Assembly: GCA_026418675.1 (NCBI GenBank)
Contig: JAOAAX010000002.1
Coordinates: 76,719 to 140,718 of the forward strand
Direction: 5' to 3'
Length of the DNA stretch: 64,000 nucleotides
From: Chthoniobacterales bacterium
GTDB taxonomy: Bacteria; Verrucomicrobiota; Verrucomicrobiia; Chthoniobacterales; DYNR01
The notes under the pieces are model-generated. The model searched no databases. It saw nothing but the letters and a program-made list of their open reading frames with translations, and had not been told where the DNA came from. Position numbers and translations under genes: made by a program. The stretch's first letter is position 1; each line of letters begins with the position of its first letter. Positions 8,873 to 17,502 of this stretch are shown in pieces.

Positions 8873-10615
8873 ATGAGCGCACCCTCTCTGACAAACCTCC
8901 TCCTCAACCTTCCCATTAACCAAACCTTTACTTCCGATTCACAACCTCTCACCCAGCCTGCGACAATTCCTACTATTGCTTCTGCTTCTGAGTGTTTTGA
9001 GGAATACCTTTCTTCTGAATCTCCTTCCTCCCCCTCTCAAGACGTTCTCCCTGATTTTCCCTCTACATCCTCTCCTGACAATCGACATCTCCTTTTTATT
9101 GCTGCAGTGTCCCAAACAGCTGCTTTAGCTCCAAATCCAATCCCAACATCGGAACAATACGCTCTATGCTCAACGAATTCCTTAACGGAAAAAATTGAAC
9201 AAATTTCTCCTCCTGTCAATTTCTCGACCAACCCAGTTCCCAATTCTAACCCTGAAATTCAAAATTCTCAACCTTCGCAATTTCAAAACAACCTCGCTCC
9301 CTTTTCTCCATCCAACTCCCAAGAGGCTCAAACTGTCTCTACGAACCACATTTCAAATTTAGGGACCTCGGTTAGGGCAGAGATGGCGATGGAAGGCGAT
9401 TCCTTGGGGGTAACATTAAAAAGCGGCGACGGTTGGCAGCTTGCTCCGCAAGCTACACTGTCAATGGGAAAGAAATTGGAGAATGGAGGTGAGACGGGGA
9501 ATGGCAGTTCTGGAAATTCAGCGACCGTTTATTTGGTAGAGAAGGTGGAGCAGAGTGATGGCGGTTTGGTTCTTGGAGCGCATAGGAGCAGCGATTCTCG
9601 GCAGGCTACTCAGCAGGCTACACCGTCTTCGGGATTGAATTTGGGGAGCCTTTCTCAGCCTAAGAATGTCCCCTCTGATGTTACAGTTGGCACCCCCATG
9701 GCAAGTAAGACAAACGACCCTGCTAGCACTTCCCAAGTAGGGACAATGAATGGTGGCGCTACCCGGCAGCTTGTTCAGCAAGTCCCTCCATCTCCTGGAG
9801 CAGCTCTGCTTGCAGACGTGCGCATGAGCGCTTCTTCCAATTCACAACAAGTAGGCATCGGAGGCGAAACGCACGTTTTTTCTCCCCAGACTTTAACAAG
9901 AACACCATCCGAACAAGCCACTACTTCGAGCCAAGGAAGCAATTCGCACTCGCCTCAAGGCAATCTCTCAATCGGTCATTCTGAAATCTCCGACGCAACT
10001 CTCCACGCTGAGCAAGTAGGAGCCAAGAGAAATACTTCGGAACAATTCAACTTTTTTGCCCATTCTAGCAATCATCCCCAAGTTTTCCCCTTCCGCTCGC
10101 CGCTTGCTCCCGAGGCGATTGAGCGTCCCGATGTGCTCCGTGCCCTCAATCGTATTGAAGATGCGTTGCAAACTCTGCAAAGTTCGCATCGAACCCGCCT
10201 CGATCTCGATGTGCCCCTTTCCGACAATCAGAACCTCCGCATTCGCCTCGAACTCAAAAACGGGGAGATTTTTACTATCTTTCGAACGGATTCCCTGGAA
10301 TTGCGTGACGCTCTTGAGCGCGCCTGGCCAGAATTCATCGCACGTCACCAATCCGAGAAAGGTCTTCGGATCTCTGAAGCAACCTTCCAAGCCCAGCAAA
10401 ATTCACCCTCTACCAATTCCTCCGGAGATTTCCGCCATCCCCATTATCAAAATCCTTCCCAAGCCTACGAAGAAACTTCCCCCTCCTTGTCCCATTCCAC
10501 CACACATTCCCTTTCCCGCTCCCAACCCTCGGGTGCAACCAACTCAATTTCTCCTCAACCAAATCTAACACCTCTAGGCCCTATTGGGACAGATTCCACA
10601 ACTCTGTGGGCTTAG
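8873..10615 (+). CDS. fliK: flagellar hook-length control protein FliK-like
   Basis: Long S/P/T/Q-rich low-complexity body followed by a C-terminal Flg_hook-like domain (RLDLDVPLSDNQNLRIRLELKNGEIFTIFRTDSLELRDALERAWPEF). In-frame ATG 8873 is preferred over the ORF-track start 8795, which overlaps the upstream gene. Confidence 0.7.
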   Translation: MSAPSLTNLLLNLPINQTFTSDSQPLTQPATIPTIASASECFEEYLSSESPSSPSQDVLPDFPSTSSPDNRHLLFIAAVSQTAALAPNPIPTSEQYALCSTNSLTEKIEQISPPVNFSTNPVPNSNPEIQNSQPSQFQNNLAPFSPSNSQEAQTVSTNHISNLGTSVRAEMAMEGDSLGVTLKSGDGWQLAPQATLSMGKKLENGGETGNGSSGNSATVYLVEKVEQSDGGLVLGAHRSSDSRQATQQATPSSGLNLGSLSQPKNVPSDVTVGTPMASKTNDPASTSQVGTMNGGATRQLVQQVPPSPGAALLADVRMSASSNSQQVGIGGETHVFSPQTLTRTPSEQATTSSQGSNSHSPQGNLSIGHSEISDATLHAEQVGAKRNTSEQFNFFAHSSNHPQVFPFRSPLAPEAIERPDVLRALNRIEDALQTLQSSHRTRLDLDVPLSDNQNLRIRLELKNGEIFTIFRTDSLELRDALERAWPEFIARHQSEKGLRISEATFQAQQNSPSTNSSGDFRHPHYQNPSQAYEETSPSLSHSTTHSLSRSQPSGATNSISPQPNLTPLGPIGTDSTTLWA

Positions 10616-10711
10616 CTTCCCCTTACTTCTTCGCATCCCTTCTAATTTCTTCCCATCCGCTAAAAATTGGAAAAAATTGCTTCACAAAAAGTTTTTCGCC
10701 GATCCGCTTTT

Positions 10712-10738
10712 GGGGTGCCAACGAATGACTCGCACCCC
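10712..10738 (+). terminator. possible terminator hairpin after fliK
   Basis: GGGGTGC-N13-GCACCCC followed by a T/C-rich tract (ttccttccttgcttg). The loop is long and there is no clean U-run. Confidence 0.3.
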
Positions 10739-10789
10739 TTCCTTCCTTGCTTGCCCTCTTAGGGCTCTCAGGGGATATTTTGGCAGATT

Positions 10790-11236
10790 ATGATGGAATT
10801 TTTAATCCGTTGGACCCTCACTGCATTGGTGGCTTTTACTACGCCCAGCTTTATGCCCAACATGGCAATTAGTGATCTTCCAACGTCTCTAATCCTCGGC
10901 GTTGTGATTGGCTTTGTGGATGCTTTTCTGCGACCGGTGCTCTTACGAATCGTTCACGGCTTATGGTTCATCCCGGTAATTGGATTCTCTCTCTTCCTCG
11001 CAAATTGGTTTTTGTTACTTTTTGCTGGTTCCGCCTTGCCAGGAATAACAATTTCTGATTGGACTGCCGCTCCCATTGCCGCCCTGCCTCCAGCAATTAC
11101 TTGCTGGCTATTGAGCCTCTTCTTTGTTGGCGATGGCCGTAAGTTGCACTTCATTACCTATCATGGCCGTAGAACCTACAAACACCCCAAGCACCCCAAG
11201 CGCCATAAACCCCAACACAAGCAGGAAAAATCCTAA
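10790..11236 (+). CDS. YvlD/phage-holin-4_2 family 4-TM membrane protein with a basic HPK-repeat tail
   Basis: 148 aa. The pattern LILGVVIGFVDAFLRPVLLRIV followed by PGITISDW resembles the PF04020 family. The C-terminus reads YKHPKHPKRHKPQHKQEKS. Confidence 0.6.
   Translation: MMEFLIRWTLTALVAFTTPSFMPNMAISDLPTSLILGVVIGFVDAFLRPVLLRIVHGLWFIPVIGFSLFLANWFLLLFAGSALPGITISDWTAAPIAALPPAITCWLLSLFFVGDGRKLHFITYHGRRTYKHPKHPKRHKPQHKQEKS
11183..11200 (+). repeat. 9-bp tandem duplication CACCCCAAG x2, encoding HPK-HPK
   Basis: Read directly from the sequence at the 3' end of the YvlD-like gene. Confidence 0.9.
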
Positions 11237-11262
11237 CCTCAAAAACAAGACTTACCCCTCCT

Positions 11263-11916
11263 TTGTTTTCTGATAAGAATTTTGCCATAAAAATCTGCGG
11301 AATCCGTTCCGAAAAAGATGCTTGGGCCGCAGTTGAGGCCGGCGTAGATGCCATAGGCTTTAACTTCTACCCACCCTCCAAGCGTTTTGTCCGGTTGGAG
11401 GATATCGAGTCGTGGGCCTGCAAGTTACCGGTGGTTCGGGTAGCAGTCGTCGTTAATCCAGATTCAAAGATATTAGATAGAATTATCCAAAGTTCAATTT
11501 TCGATGCAGTTCAATTCCATGGCGACGAAGAATCTCATTTTTGCGTGCGGTCGGCTATACCTTGGATAAAAGCATTTCGTGGAGTGCCTGCTATCGCTGA
11601 GCTAAGCCGATGGCCGACACCATGGATTCTATGCGACGCAATGCCATTAGTTGCCGGGGAGTATGGTGGGACGGGCCGGCTCGCCAACTGGCAAAAAATC
11701 AGTCAATTGGTTGATCATGCCCAACAATTTCGAGTTTTTTTGGCAGGTGGGCTTACCCCCAGCAATGTCCGTCAAGCAATCGAAGCCGTGCGTCCCTTCG
11801 GAGTTGACGTCGCTGGTGGTGTCGAAGCAGAGGATGGCAGAAAAAGCCTCCAGAAAATGCGCGAATTCGTGCAAGCTGCACGCAATGCTTTTTTAGATTT
11901 TAATATCCGATATTAA
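11263..11916 (+). CDS. trpF: phosphoribosylanthranilate isomerase
   Basis: IKICGIRSEKDAWAAVEAGVDAIGFNFYPPSKRFV plus C-terminal FLAGGLTPSNV. TTG start; no other trp genes are adjacent. Confidence 0.85.
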   Translation: MFSDKNFAIKICGIRSEKDAWAAVEAGVDAIGFNFYPPSKRFVRLEDIESWACKLPVVRVAVVVNPDSKILDRIIQSSIFDAVQFHGDEESHFCVRSAIPWIKAFRGVPAIAELSRWPTPWILCDAMPLVAGEYGGTGRLANWQKISQLVDHAQQFRVFLAGGLTPSNVRQAIEAVRPFGVDVAGGVEAEDGRKSLQKMREFVQAARNAFLDFNIRY

Positions 11917-12061
11917 TTTCTATAGTTAACTTCTCCATCGGCAAGTTAAGGGAAACCTACAAGCTCAAACTTCTTGGCGGGTTTGCACTTGTCTGCTTGC
12001 TTTCCACATCCACAATAACCGGCAGAATCTTTCACTGAATTTACTCACATCTCCTTCTTTT

Positions 12062-13639
12062 ATGCGGACCGCCTATCATTTGTTGGTGCTCCATGCACAC
12101 CTGCCCTTCGTGCGGCATCCGGAATTTGAGGATTTCCTTGAGGAGGACTGGCTCTACGAGGCAGTCTTCGAGAGCTATTTGCCTTTGCTGCAAATGCTGC
12201 AGAGACAAAGGGCTGATGGCGTTCCCGCAAGCATTACCTTCACCCTTACTCCAACTCTTTGTGAGATGCTCCGCGATGAGCTTCTCCAACAAAGATGCGA
12301 GCGCTATTTGGAGCGAGGAGTAGAATTTTGTCGCCAGCAGGCCAATAAGCGCCACGGTCATGAGCGCGATCTCATCGAGTTTTATGGCTGGCGTTACCGC
12401 GAAGCATTGCGTTTCTATCGCGACGAATTAGGTCGCGACATCGTAGGAGCATTCGCTAATTTTCAGGAAGAAGGCCGTATTGAGATCATCACCTGCGCAG
12501 CAACGCATGGCTTCCTTCCGCTCATGCAGAACACGCCCGAAGCCGTCCGGGCCCAAATTTTTATTGGGCGCGACAATTACCGCAAACATTTTGGCCGCAA
12601 CCCACTCGGCATTTGGTTGCCCGAATGCGCTTACAGCCACGGCCTCGATAGCGTCATTGCGGAAGCCGAAATTCGCTGGTTCATTCTCGATGCTCACGGA
12701 GTGGTTCTCGGACAGCCCAAGCCGCGTTTCGCAATTTTCGCCCCCTACTTTACACCTGCAGGTCCTGCTTGCTTCGGCAGGGATCGTGAGTCAAGCCGGC
12801 AAGTTTGGAGTTCCCGCGAAGGCTACCCCGGCGACCCAGCCTACCGCGATTTTTACAAAGACTTGGGACAAGAAGTCCCAATAGAAGACCTAGAGGCTGT
12901 CTATGGTAAAGGCACAAACCGTAGATTTACCGGCGTAAAAATTTGGCGTATCACGGGGCGAGGTCCGGCAAAAGAACTCTACCGCCGTGATTGGGCTTTG
13001 GGCGCAGCCGACGCTCACGCCACAGACTTTTTCCATAGCCGCGTCGCTCAACTCCGCGATTTGTGCGCAAAAATGCCTCTTGATCCCGTTTTAGTTAGTC
13101 CATTCGATGCTGAGCTTTTCGGCCATTGGTGGTTCGAAGGCCCAGAATTTTTGGATTTATATATCCGTAAAGCAGCTTATGACCAAGATGTTTTTCGGTT
13201 AACGACTCCTTCCCGTTTTTTGGCAATTCATCCGACACAGCAAATCCTCTCCCCTTCAGCGTCAAGTTGGGGGAATCGAGGTTACTGGGAAGTGTGGCTC
13301 AATGAGCAAAATTCATGGATTTATCCTCATCTGCACGCTGCAGCACGACGGATGACGCAAATGGCTCGGAAATACCTCGGCACGGAGGATCGGCTTTTGC
13401 GCCGCGTCCTCGCTCAAATGGCACGTGAGCTCCTCCTCGCGCAGTCTAGCGATTGGGCATTTCTCATGAGAACAGGCACTGCCAGACAATATGCTGAACG
13501 CCGCACTCGCGACCACCTCCTCCGCTTCAACAAGCTCTACGATATGCTCGAGAAAAATTCGATTGAAGAAGCTTTGCTCAGCCGTTACGAAAGGATTGAC
13601 AATCTCTTTCAAGATATTCGTTGGGAGTATTACGCCTGA
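12062..13639 (+). CDS. GH57-family 1,4-alpha-glucan branching enzyme
   Basis: 525 aa. N-terminal LVLHAHLPFVRHPEFEDFLEEDWLYEAVFESYLPLL together with WLPECAY and the FDAELFGHWWFEGPEFL motif are typical of GH57 branching enzymes with a DUF1957 C-terminal domain. Confidence 0.85.
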   Translation: MRTAYHLLVLHAHLPFVRHPEFEDFLEEDWLYEAVFESYLPLLQMLQRQRADGVPASITFTLTPTLCEMLRDELLQQRCERYLERGVEFCRQQANKRHGHERDLIEFYGWRYREALRFYRDELGRDIVGAFANFQEEGRIEIITCAATHGFLPLMQNTPEAVRAQIFIGRDNYRKHFGRNPLGIWLPECAYSHGLDSVIAEAEIRWFILDAHGVVLGQPKPRFAIFAPYFTPAGPACFGRDRESSRQVWSSREGYPGDPAYRDFYKDLGQEVPIEDLEAVYGKGTNRRFTGVKIWRITGRGPAKELYRRDWALGAADAHATDFFHSRVAQLRDLCAKMPLDPVLVSPFDAELFGHWWFEGPEFLDLYIRKAAYDQDVFRLTTPSRFLAIHPTQQILSPSASSWGNRGYWEVWLNEQNSWIYPHLHAAARRMTQMARKYLGTEDRLLRRVLAQMARELLLAQSSDWAFLMRTGTARQYAERRTRDHLLRFNKLYDMLEKNSIEEALLSRYERIDNLFQDIRWEYYA

Positions 13640-13640
13640 C

Positions 13641-15161
13641 GTGCGACAAACCCTCCTCCTCTTACTCCTCTTTTTCTGTCTCTTTTTCCCTCTCCAGGCC
13701 GAGGAAAAACCCATACCGCATCAAAATTCGATCCGAATTCAATTAGCGGTCCCGCCATTCGAAGCAAGAATTTCGGTTGGTATTTTTTCCCCAGAAGGTT
13801 TGCTCATTCGTAAACTTGCTGAACTGGTCCCCGATTCCCGGTTGCAGGTCGGATTGAATGGGTTTGAGTTTTCCTGGGACGGAAAAAATGACTTGGGGAA
13901 GGAAGTGCCCCCGGGGATTTACTCCATCATCGGAACAGCTGCAGGAGCTTTGCAGCCTGAATTAGTCCGGGTTGAGGGGAATGACTGGCGTGCAGAATTT
14001 GGTAACGACTTGCCTATTGCTCGTATTCTCGCCCTCTCTCGCGTCGATCAGTTTCGGCTTGCCCTCCTAGCTAAGTTAATAAATGAGCAATATGTCGTTT
14101 TTGTTTATGATACTTTCCGTGAAGAGCTTATTTGGAGCCGAATTTTGCCGAAGTTCCCTACCGGTCGGTGGATACTTGGGAGACCTTCTGCGCGATGGCT
14201 AGGGCTTCTCCATCAGCGTAGTGTTTTAATCCTCGACCCTGCAAATGGACAGCAGTTGATTTGTGGAGATTTGCCTCCCTCTACTAGCTCTGCAACAAGC
14301 ATGTTCTTGCTGAGTGATCGCCTTTTGCTTACAGGACCGTGGGGAGTGCGGCATTTTAGCCTCATCGGCTTGCAAGAGTTTCCGTCGCACTGGAACTTCT
14401 CAAACCCAGCTCTTCTCGTTTTTCAAAAGGATAACACGGTCGGTGCTTTGGATGAAAATCGCAATTTGTGGATCAAGAAATCCTTAGACTTGGAGTTTCA
14501 AAAACAATTTGAAGGCTGGAAATTCGAAGACCTTTCGCCATCCGCTGAGGAAACCTTCTGGGCAATCGGTTTTTCTGTTGCCGAGAATTACCGGCAAGCT
14601 GTTGGTGAATTTTCTCTAAGAGAGGGTTTTTTGCGTGAGCTATCACAGGTTTCGATGCCGGGATTTCCACTTCAAATTGAATTTAATCCAGATAGTAAAG
14701 TCCTTTTTTTGCACTTTCGAAGTGAGGAGGCTGACTCAGTAATCTTAGGAATCTACAAATCTCCACTTGATGAGAGGTGGAGGGAATTTTTTCGGCGTAG
14801 AATTCTCTTACCAGATGGGAAGTTGCCCGATGGCTTTGAGTTTCTTCCGAGGAGCTTAAACTTTGCCTCTGAAGCCGGTCTTGAGATTGCGTCAAAAGTG
14901 AGAAATTGGAGATTAGTTTATCGAATAAGTGGTGAGGTTTCACTCGAGTTGGAATCTGGATTGCGAGTTGCAGACTTAATGCGGACAGAATATGCAGACG
15001 CCGTGCAAGCAAAGATGGAGGAAGATACCCTGCTGCTACGTGTTCTGGAACCAGGAGCAACCCTCATTTGGAAATTTTCTGGCCTGCCTCAGAAAATTGC
15101 ATGGCTTGACGGCGGTGAGGTGATTTGGCCGCCCCCTGCGCCACCCCCCGGCTCAAATTAA
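13641..15161 (+). CDS. secreted hypothetical protein with an N-terminal FlgD-Ig-like (PF13860-like) domain
   Basis: GTG start 1 nt after the GH57 stop. Signal peptide RQTLLLLLLFFCLFFPLQAEE. The segment ISVGIFSPEGLLIRKL...FEFSWDGKNDLGKEVPPGIYSIIG fits the FlgD_ig pattern; I do not recognise the rest. Confidence 0.55.
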   Translation: MRQTLLLLLLFFCLFFPLQAEEKPIPHQNSIRIQLAVPPFEARISVGIFSPEGLLIRKLAELVPDSRLQVGLNGFEFSWDGKNDLGKEVPPGIYSIIGTAAGALQPELVRVEGNDWRAEFGNDLPIARILALSRVDQFRLALLAKLINEQYVVFVYDTFREELIWSRILPKFPTGRWILGRPSARWLGLLHQRSVLILDPANGQQLICGDLPPSTSSATSMFLLSDRLLLTGPWGVRHFSLIGLQEFPSHWNFSNPALLVFQKDNTVGALDENRNLWIKKSLDLEFQKQFEGWKFEDLSPSAEETFWAIGFSVAENYRQAVGEFSLREGFLRELSQVSMPGFPLQIEFNPDSKVLFLHFRSEEADSVILGIYKSPLDERWREFFRRRILLPDGKLPDGFEFLPRSLNFASEAGLEIASKVRNWRLVYRISGEVSLELESGLRVADLMRTEYADAVQAKMEEDTLLLRVLEPGATLIWKFSGLPQKIAWLDGGEVIWPPPAPPPGSN

Positions 15162-15166
15162 AATTA

Positions 15167-15703
15167 ATGACTTTTTTATCCCAATTTCTGCTATTTTTTT
15201 TGCTGATTTTTATATCCGGTATGGGGTCGAATTGGGCTGCTGGAACGGATGAGATCCGTGCGCCCTTCGGTTTTTCTTGGGGAGAGAGTATGGGAAAAAT
15301 TGAGACGATCCTTTTAGCGACGAAAGCGAGAATTGTGGATCGCGAGAAATTGCGAGATGGAGAGCGCTTGCAAGTAGAAGGCATTGCACAGCCTAACCTG
15401 GTGGCAGCTTTTTTTGTTTTTCGCAGCGGTGGGTTGTCGGAAGTCGAGCTGCAATACGCAGACTCTCTATGGAGCAAGGAGCAGTATTCAGCCTACTTCG
15501 ACCGAATGAAACGTTCACTCGAAGAACGACATGGGACTTCGCAACTTATTGCCCGAATGAGGAGTATGCAAAATGAGATCCTGCACACTCTCGTGGGCTA
15601 TCAATGGATTAAGCAGAATACTTCCTTGCAAATTTTTCTTTTTCAGGCTGAGAAAGGGACGGAAAGCTTCCGGAGATTGAGTCTCCACTACCGCTGCCAT
15701 TGA
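15167..15703 (+). CDS. secreted hypothetical protein
   Basis: ATG 5 nt after the upstream stop. Signal peptide MTFLSQFLLFFLLIFISGMGSNWAAG. No family recognised. Confidence 0.5.
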   Translation: MTFLSQFLLFFLLIFISGMGSNWAAGTDEIRAPFGFSWGESMGKIETILLATKARIVDREKLRDGERLQVEGIAQPNLVAAFFVFRSGGLSEVELQYADSLWSKEQYSAYFDRMKRSLEERHGTSQLIARMRSMQNEILHTLVGYQWIKQNTSLQIFLFQAEKGTESFRRLSLHYRCH

Positions 15704-15857
15704 GTTTTTGATGGTTGGTGGGAGGCAGGTCCGAATTGGAAGGTTCTGGAGAGCAATCTAGTTGCGGTTGGGACACTAACCATAAGTGAATTATGCACAC
15801 TTCGCCTTAGCATAAAAATTGCTTGCTTTAGCAAGAAGCGGACCATATATTTAAAAT

Positions 15858-17234
15858 ATGCCTGCTATGGAGCAGAGCCAAACGCAGGCGATGCACCTCC
15901 AACAGGTGCTCTCGCCGCAAATGCAGCAAAGCCTGCAAATCTTGCAAGCTCCGCTCATGGATTTGCGGCTGATGGTAGCACGGGAGCTTGCAGAAAATCC
16001 GGTCCTTGAAGAAGAGGCTTCACCACTAAACGTCAGCCTAGAGGTCGAGAATCCTGAGGAAGAAGGACCAGAACCCACTTGGGATTTTTCTGCTCCTCGT
16101 CAATCCTTGCCAACCAAGGAAGAAATTGAACGACATCAGTTTATGCTCGATTCTCTGACGCGGCCTCCCACCCTTGCCGAGAGCCTCCAAGAGCAAATTC
16201 GTTTGCTTCCCCTCGACGAAAAGGACCAGAAAATCGCTGAGTTTATCGTTGGGAATTTGAACGATGAAGGGTTCCTGGAAGCAAAAATTGAGGAAATCGC
16301 TTACCTCGCTCAAGTAACACCGTTAGAGGCAGAACAAGTCCTCGAGAAGATTCAGCAAAACGTAGAGCCAGCCGGCTTAGCGGCTAGGAACTTGCGGGAA
16401 TGCCTCTTGCTCCAACTCCAGCGAAAAGGCAAGGGGAATTCGCTCGAAGCTGTGATTGTGCGAAAGTTTTTGCCAGAGCTGGCGAGAAAACGTTACTCAG
16501 AAATCGCGAAAGAACTCCGTGTTTCTACCGAGCAGGTGCAGCATGCCGCCAAAAATATTTCCCAATTAGACCCTAACCCTGGCAGAAATTTCCAATCAAA
16601 CGCAGATATAATTGTCATTCCGGAAGTCATTGTTGAGCAGGATGGTGATGATTTCCTCGTCCGGATCAATGATGAAAGTTTCCCAATTCTGCGTATTCGC
16701 GAAGAGTATAACGAAATGTTAGGGAACGGAGCTACACTCACCAAGGAAACACGGGATTACATCCGCGAAAAACTCCGCAATGGGAAGGCTTTTCTCAATG
16801 CGATCGAACAGCGTAAACAGACGATTTTAGAAATTGCCCAGGTGATTGTCCGTCGTCAGTTTGATTTTTTCCGTTACGGGGCTGCCCATCTCCGCCCAAT
16901 GACAATGAGCTCCGTGGCTGAAGAAATCGGCGTGCATGAGACGACCGTAAGTCGTGCTGTTAGTGGGAAATACATGCAAACTCCCCAAGGAATTTTTGAA
17001 ATGAAGTATTTCTTCACCTCGGGTTATGTGACCGGAAGTGGAGACGCAATCAGCAATGAGAGTGTCCGTAAAGCAATCGTTGATCTCATAGAAAGAGAGG
17101 ATCCAGCTCACCCGTATAGCGACGAGCAAATTGTAAAACTCCTTGCAGAACAGGAAATTAAAATTGCACGTAGAACCGTCGCTAAATATCGCGACCAGCT
17201 CGGTATCCTTCCAAGCCATTTGCGAAAAAAATAG
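15858..17234 (+). CDS. rpoN: RNA polymerase sigma-54 factor RpoN
   Basis: Gln-rich N-terminus (QQVLSPQMQQSLQILQ), HTH segment, and the RpoN box ARRTVAKYR near the C-terminus. Confidence 0.95.
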   Translation: MPAMEQSQTQAMHLQQVLSPQMQQSLQILQAPLMDLRLMVARELAENPVLEEEASPLNVSLEVENPEEEGPEPTWDFSAPRQSLPTKEEIERHQFMLDSLTRPPTLAESLQEQIRLLPLDEKDQKIAEFIVGNLNDEGFLEAKIEEIAYLAQVTPLEAEQVLEKIQQNVEPAGLAARNLRECLLLQLQRKGKGNSLEAVIVRKFLPELARKRYSEIAKELRVSTEQVQHAAKNISQLDPNPGRNFQSNADIIVIPEVIVEQDGDDFLVRINDESFPILRIREEYNEMLGNGATLTKETRDYIREKLRNGKAFLNAIEQRKQTILEIAQVIVRRQFDFFRYGAAHLRPMTMSSVAEEIGVHETTVSRAVSGKYMQTPQGIFEMKYFFTSGYVTGSGDAISNESVRKAIVDLIEREDPAHPYSDEQIVKLLAEQEIKIARRTVAKYRDQLGILPSHLRKK

Positions 17235-17355
17235 AATCTCCGTAGCTTCGCTCAGCATATCCCTCAGGGAATTTTTGGGTGTTATTTTGTGGGGAACTAA
17301 AAAAATTGACGATTGTGTCAGAGTGAAACATTATTTTCGTAAGTATGTAACAGCA

Positions 17356-17364
17356 TGCTACAAT
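17356..17364 (+). promoter_or_regulatory. candidate extended -10 sigma-70 promoter element upstream of dnaK
   Basis: TGcTACAAT lies ~140 nt upstream of the dnaK ATG. A second candidate, TTGACG-N17-CATTAT, lies at 17306-17334. Confidence 0.35.
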
Positions 17365-17460
17365 TTCAGTCGTAACCAAAGAAGTTTTGCTAAATCAAAT
17401 TTAGACTTTTTTATTATAAGTTATTGAATATTAATAATATAATTTTTAATATTGTGTTTT

Positions 17461-17476
17461 TGGCATATCACTAGCT
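17461..17476 (+). promoter_or_regulatory. sigma-54-like -24/-12 motif upstream of dnaK
   Basis: TGGCATatcacTAGCTa has GG (17462-17463) and GC (17474-17475) 12 nt apart, ~27 nt upstream of the dnaK ATG. It carries two mismatches to the consensus. Confidence 0.3.
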
Positions 17477-17502
17477 AAATCTGCTGCAAACATCAACAAG
17501 CT

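Noticed and set aside
10056-10568. 170-aa alternative-frame ORF inside fliK. A 167-aa alternative-frame ORF lies at 43610-44113 inside tkt.
   Set aside because: The overlapping frames carry recognisable FliK C-terminal and transketolase sequence. The alternative frames are Pro/Ser-rich or unstructured, with no independent signals.
13491-13640. ORF-track N-terminal extensions that overlap upstream genes: 13491, 5378, 8795, 15125, 19596 and 58900.
   Set aside because: In each case an in-frame start just after the upstream stop gives a sensible N-terminus (signal peptide, the Gro[11 protein letters not shown] start, the ParB LGKGLGALIP box). The extension would overlap a conserved gene by up to ~325 nt.
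13641-15161. Could the FlgD-Ig-domain protein be the FlgD hook cap that is missing after fliK?
   Set aside because: It has a classical Sec signal peptide and is ~500 aa, whereas FlgD is exported by the flagellar T3SS without a signal peptide. It is also separated from fliK by three unrelated genes. FlgD-Ig-like domains are common in non-flagellar secreted proteins.
17323-17330. GTGAAACA half-site as a parS site. Similar half-sites occur at ~44442, ~49384 and ~53159.
   Set aside because: The complementary half (TGTTTCAC) is absent in every case. Isolated 7-8-mers are expected by chance.
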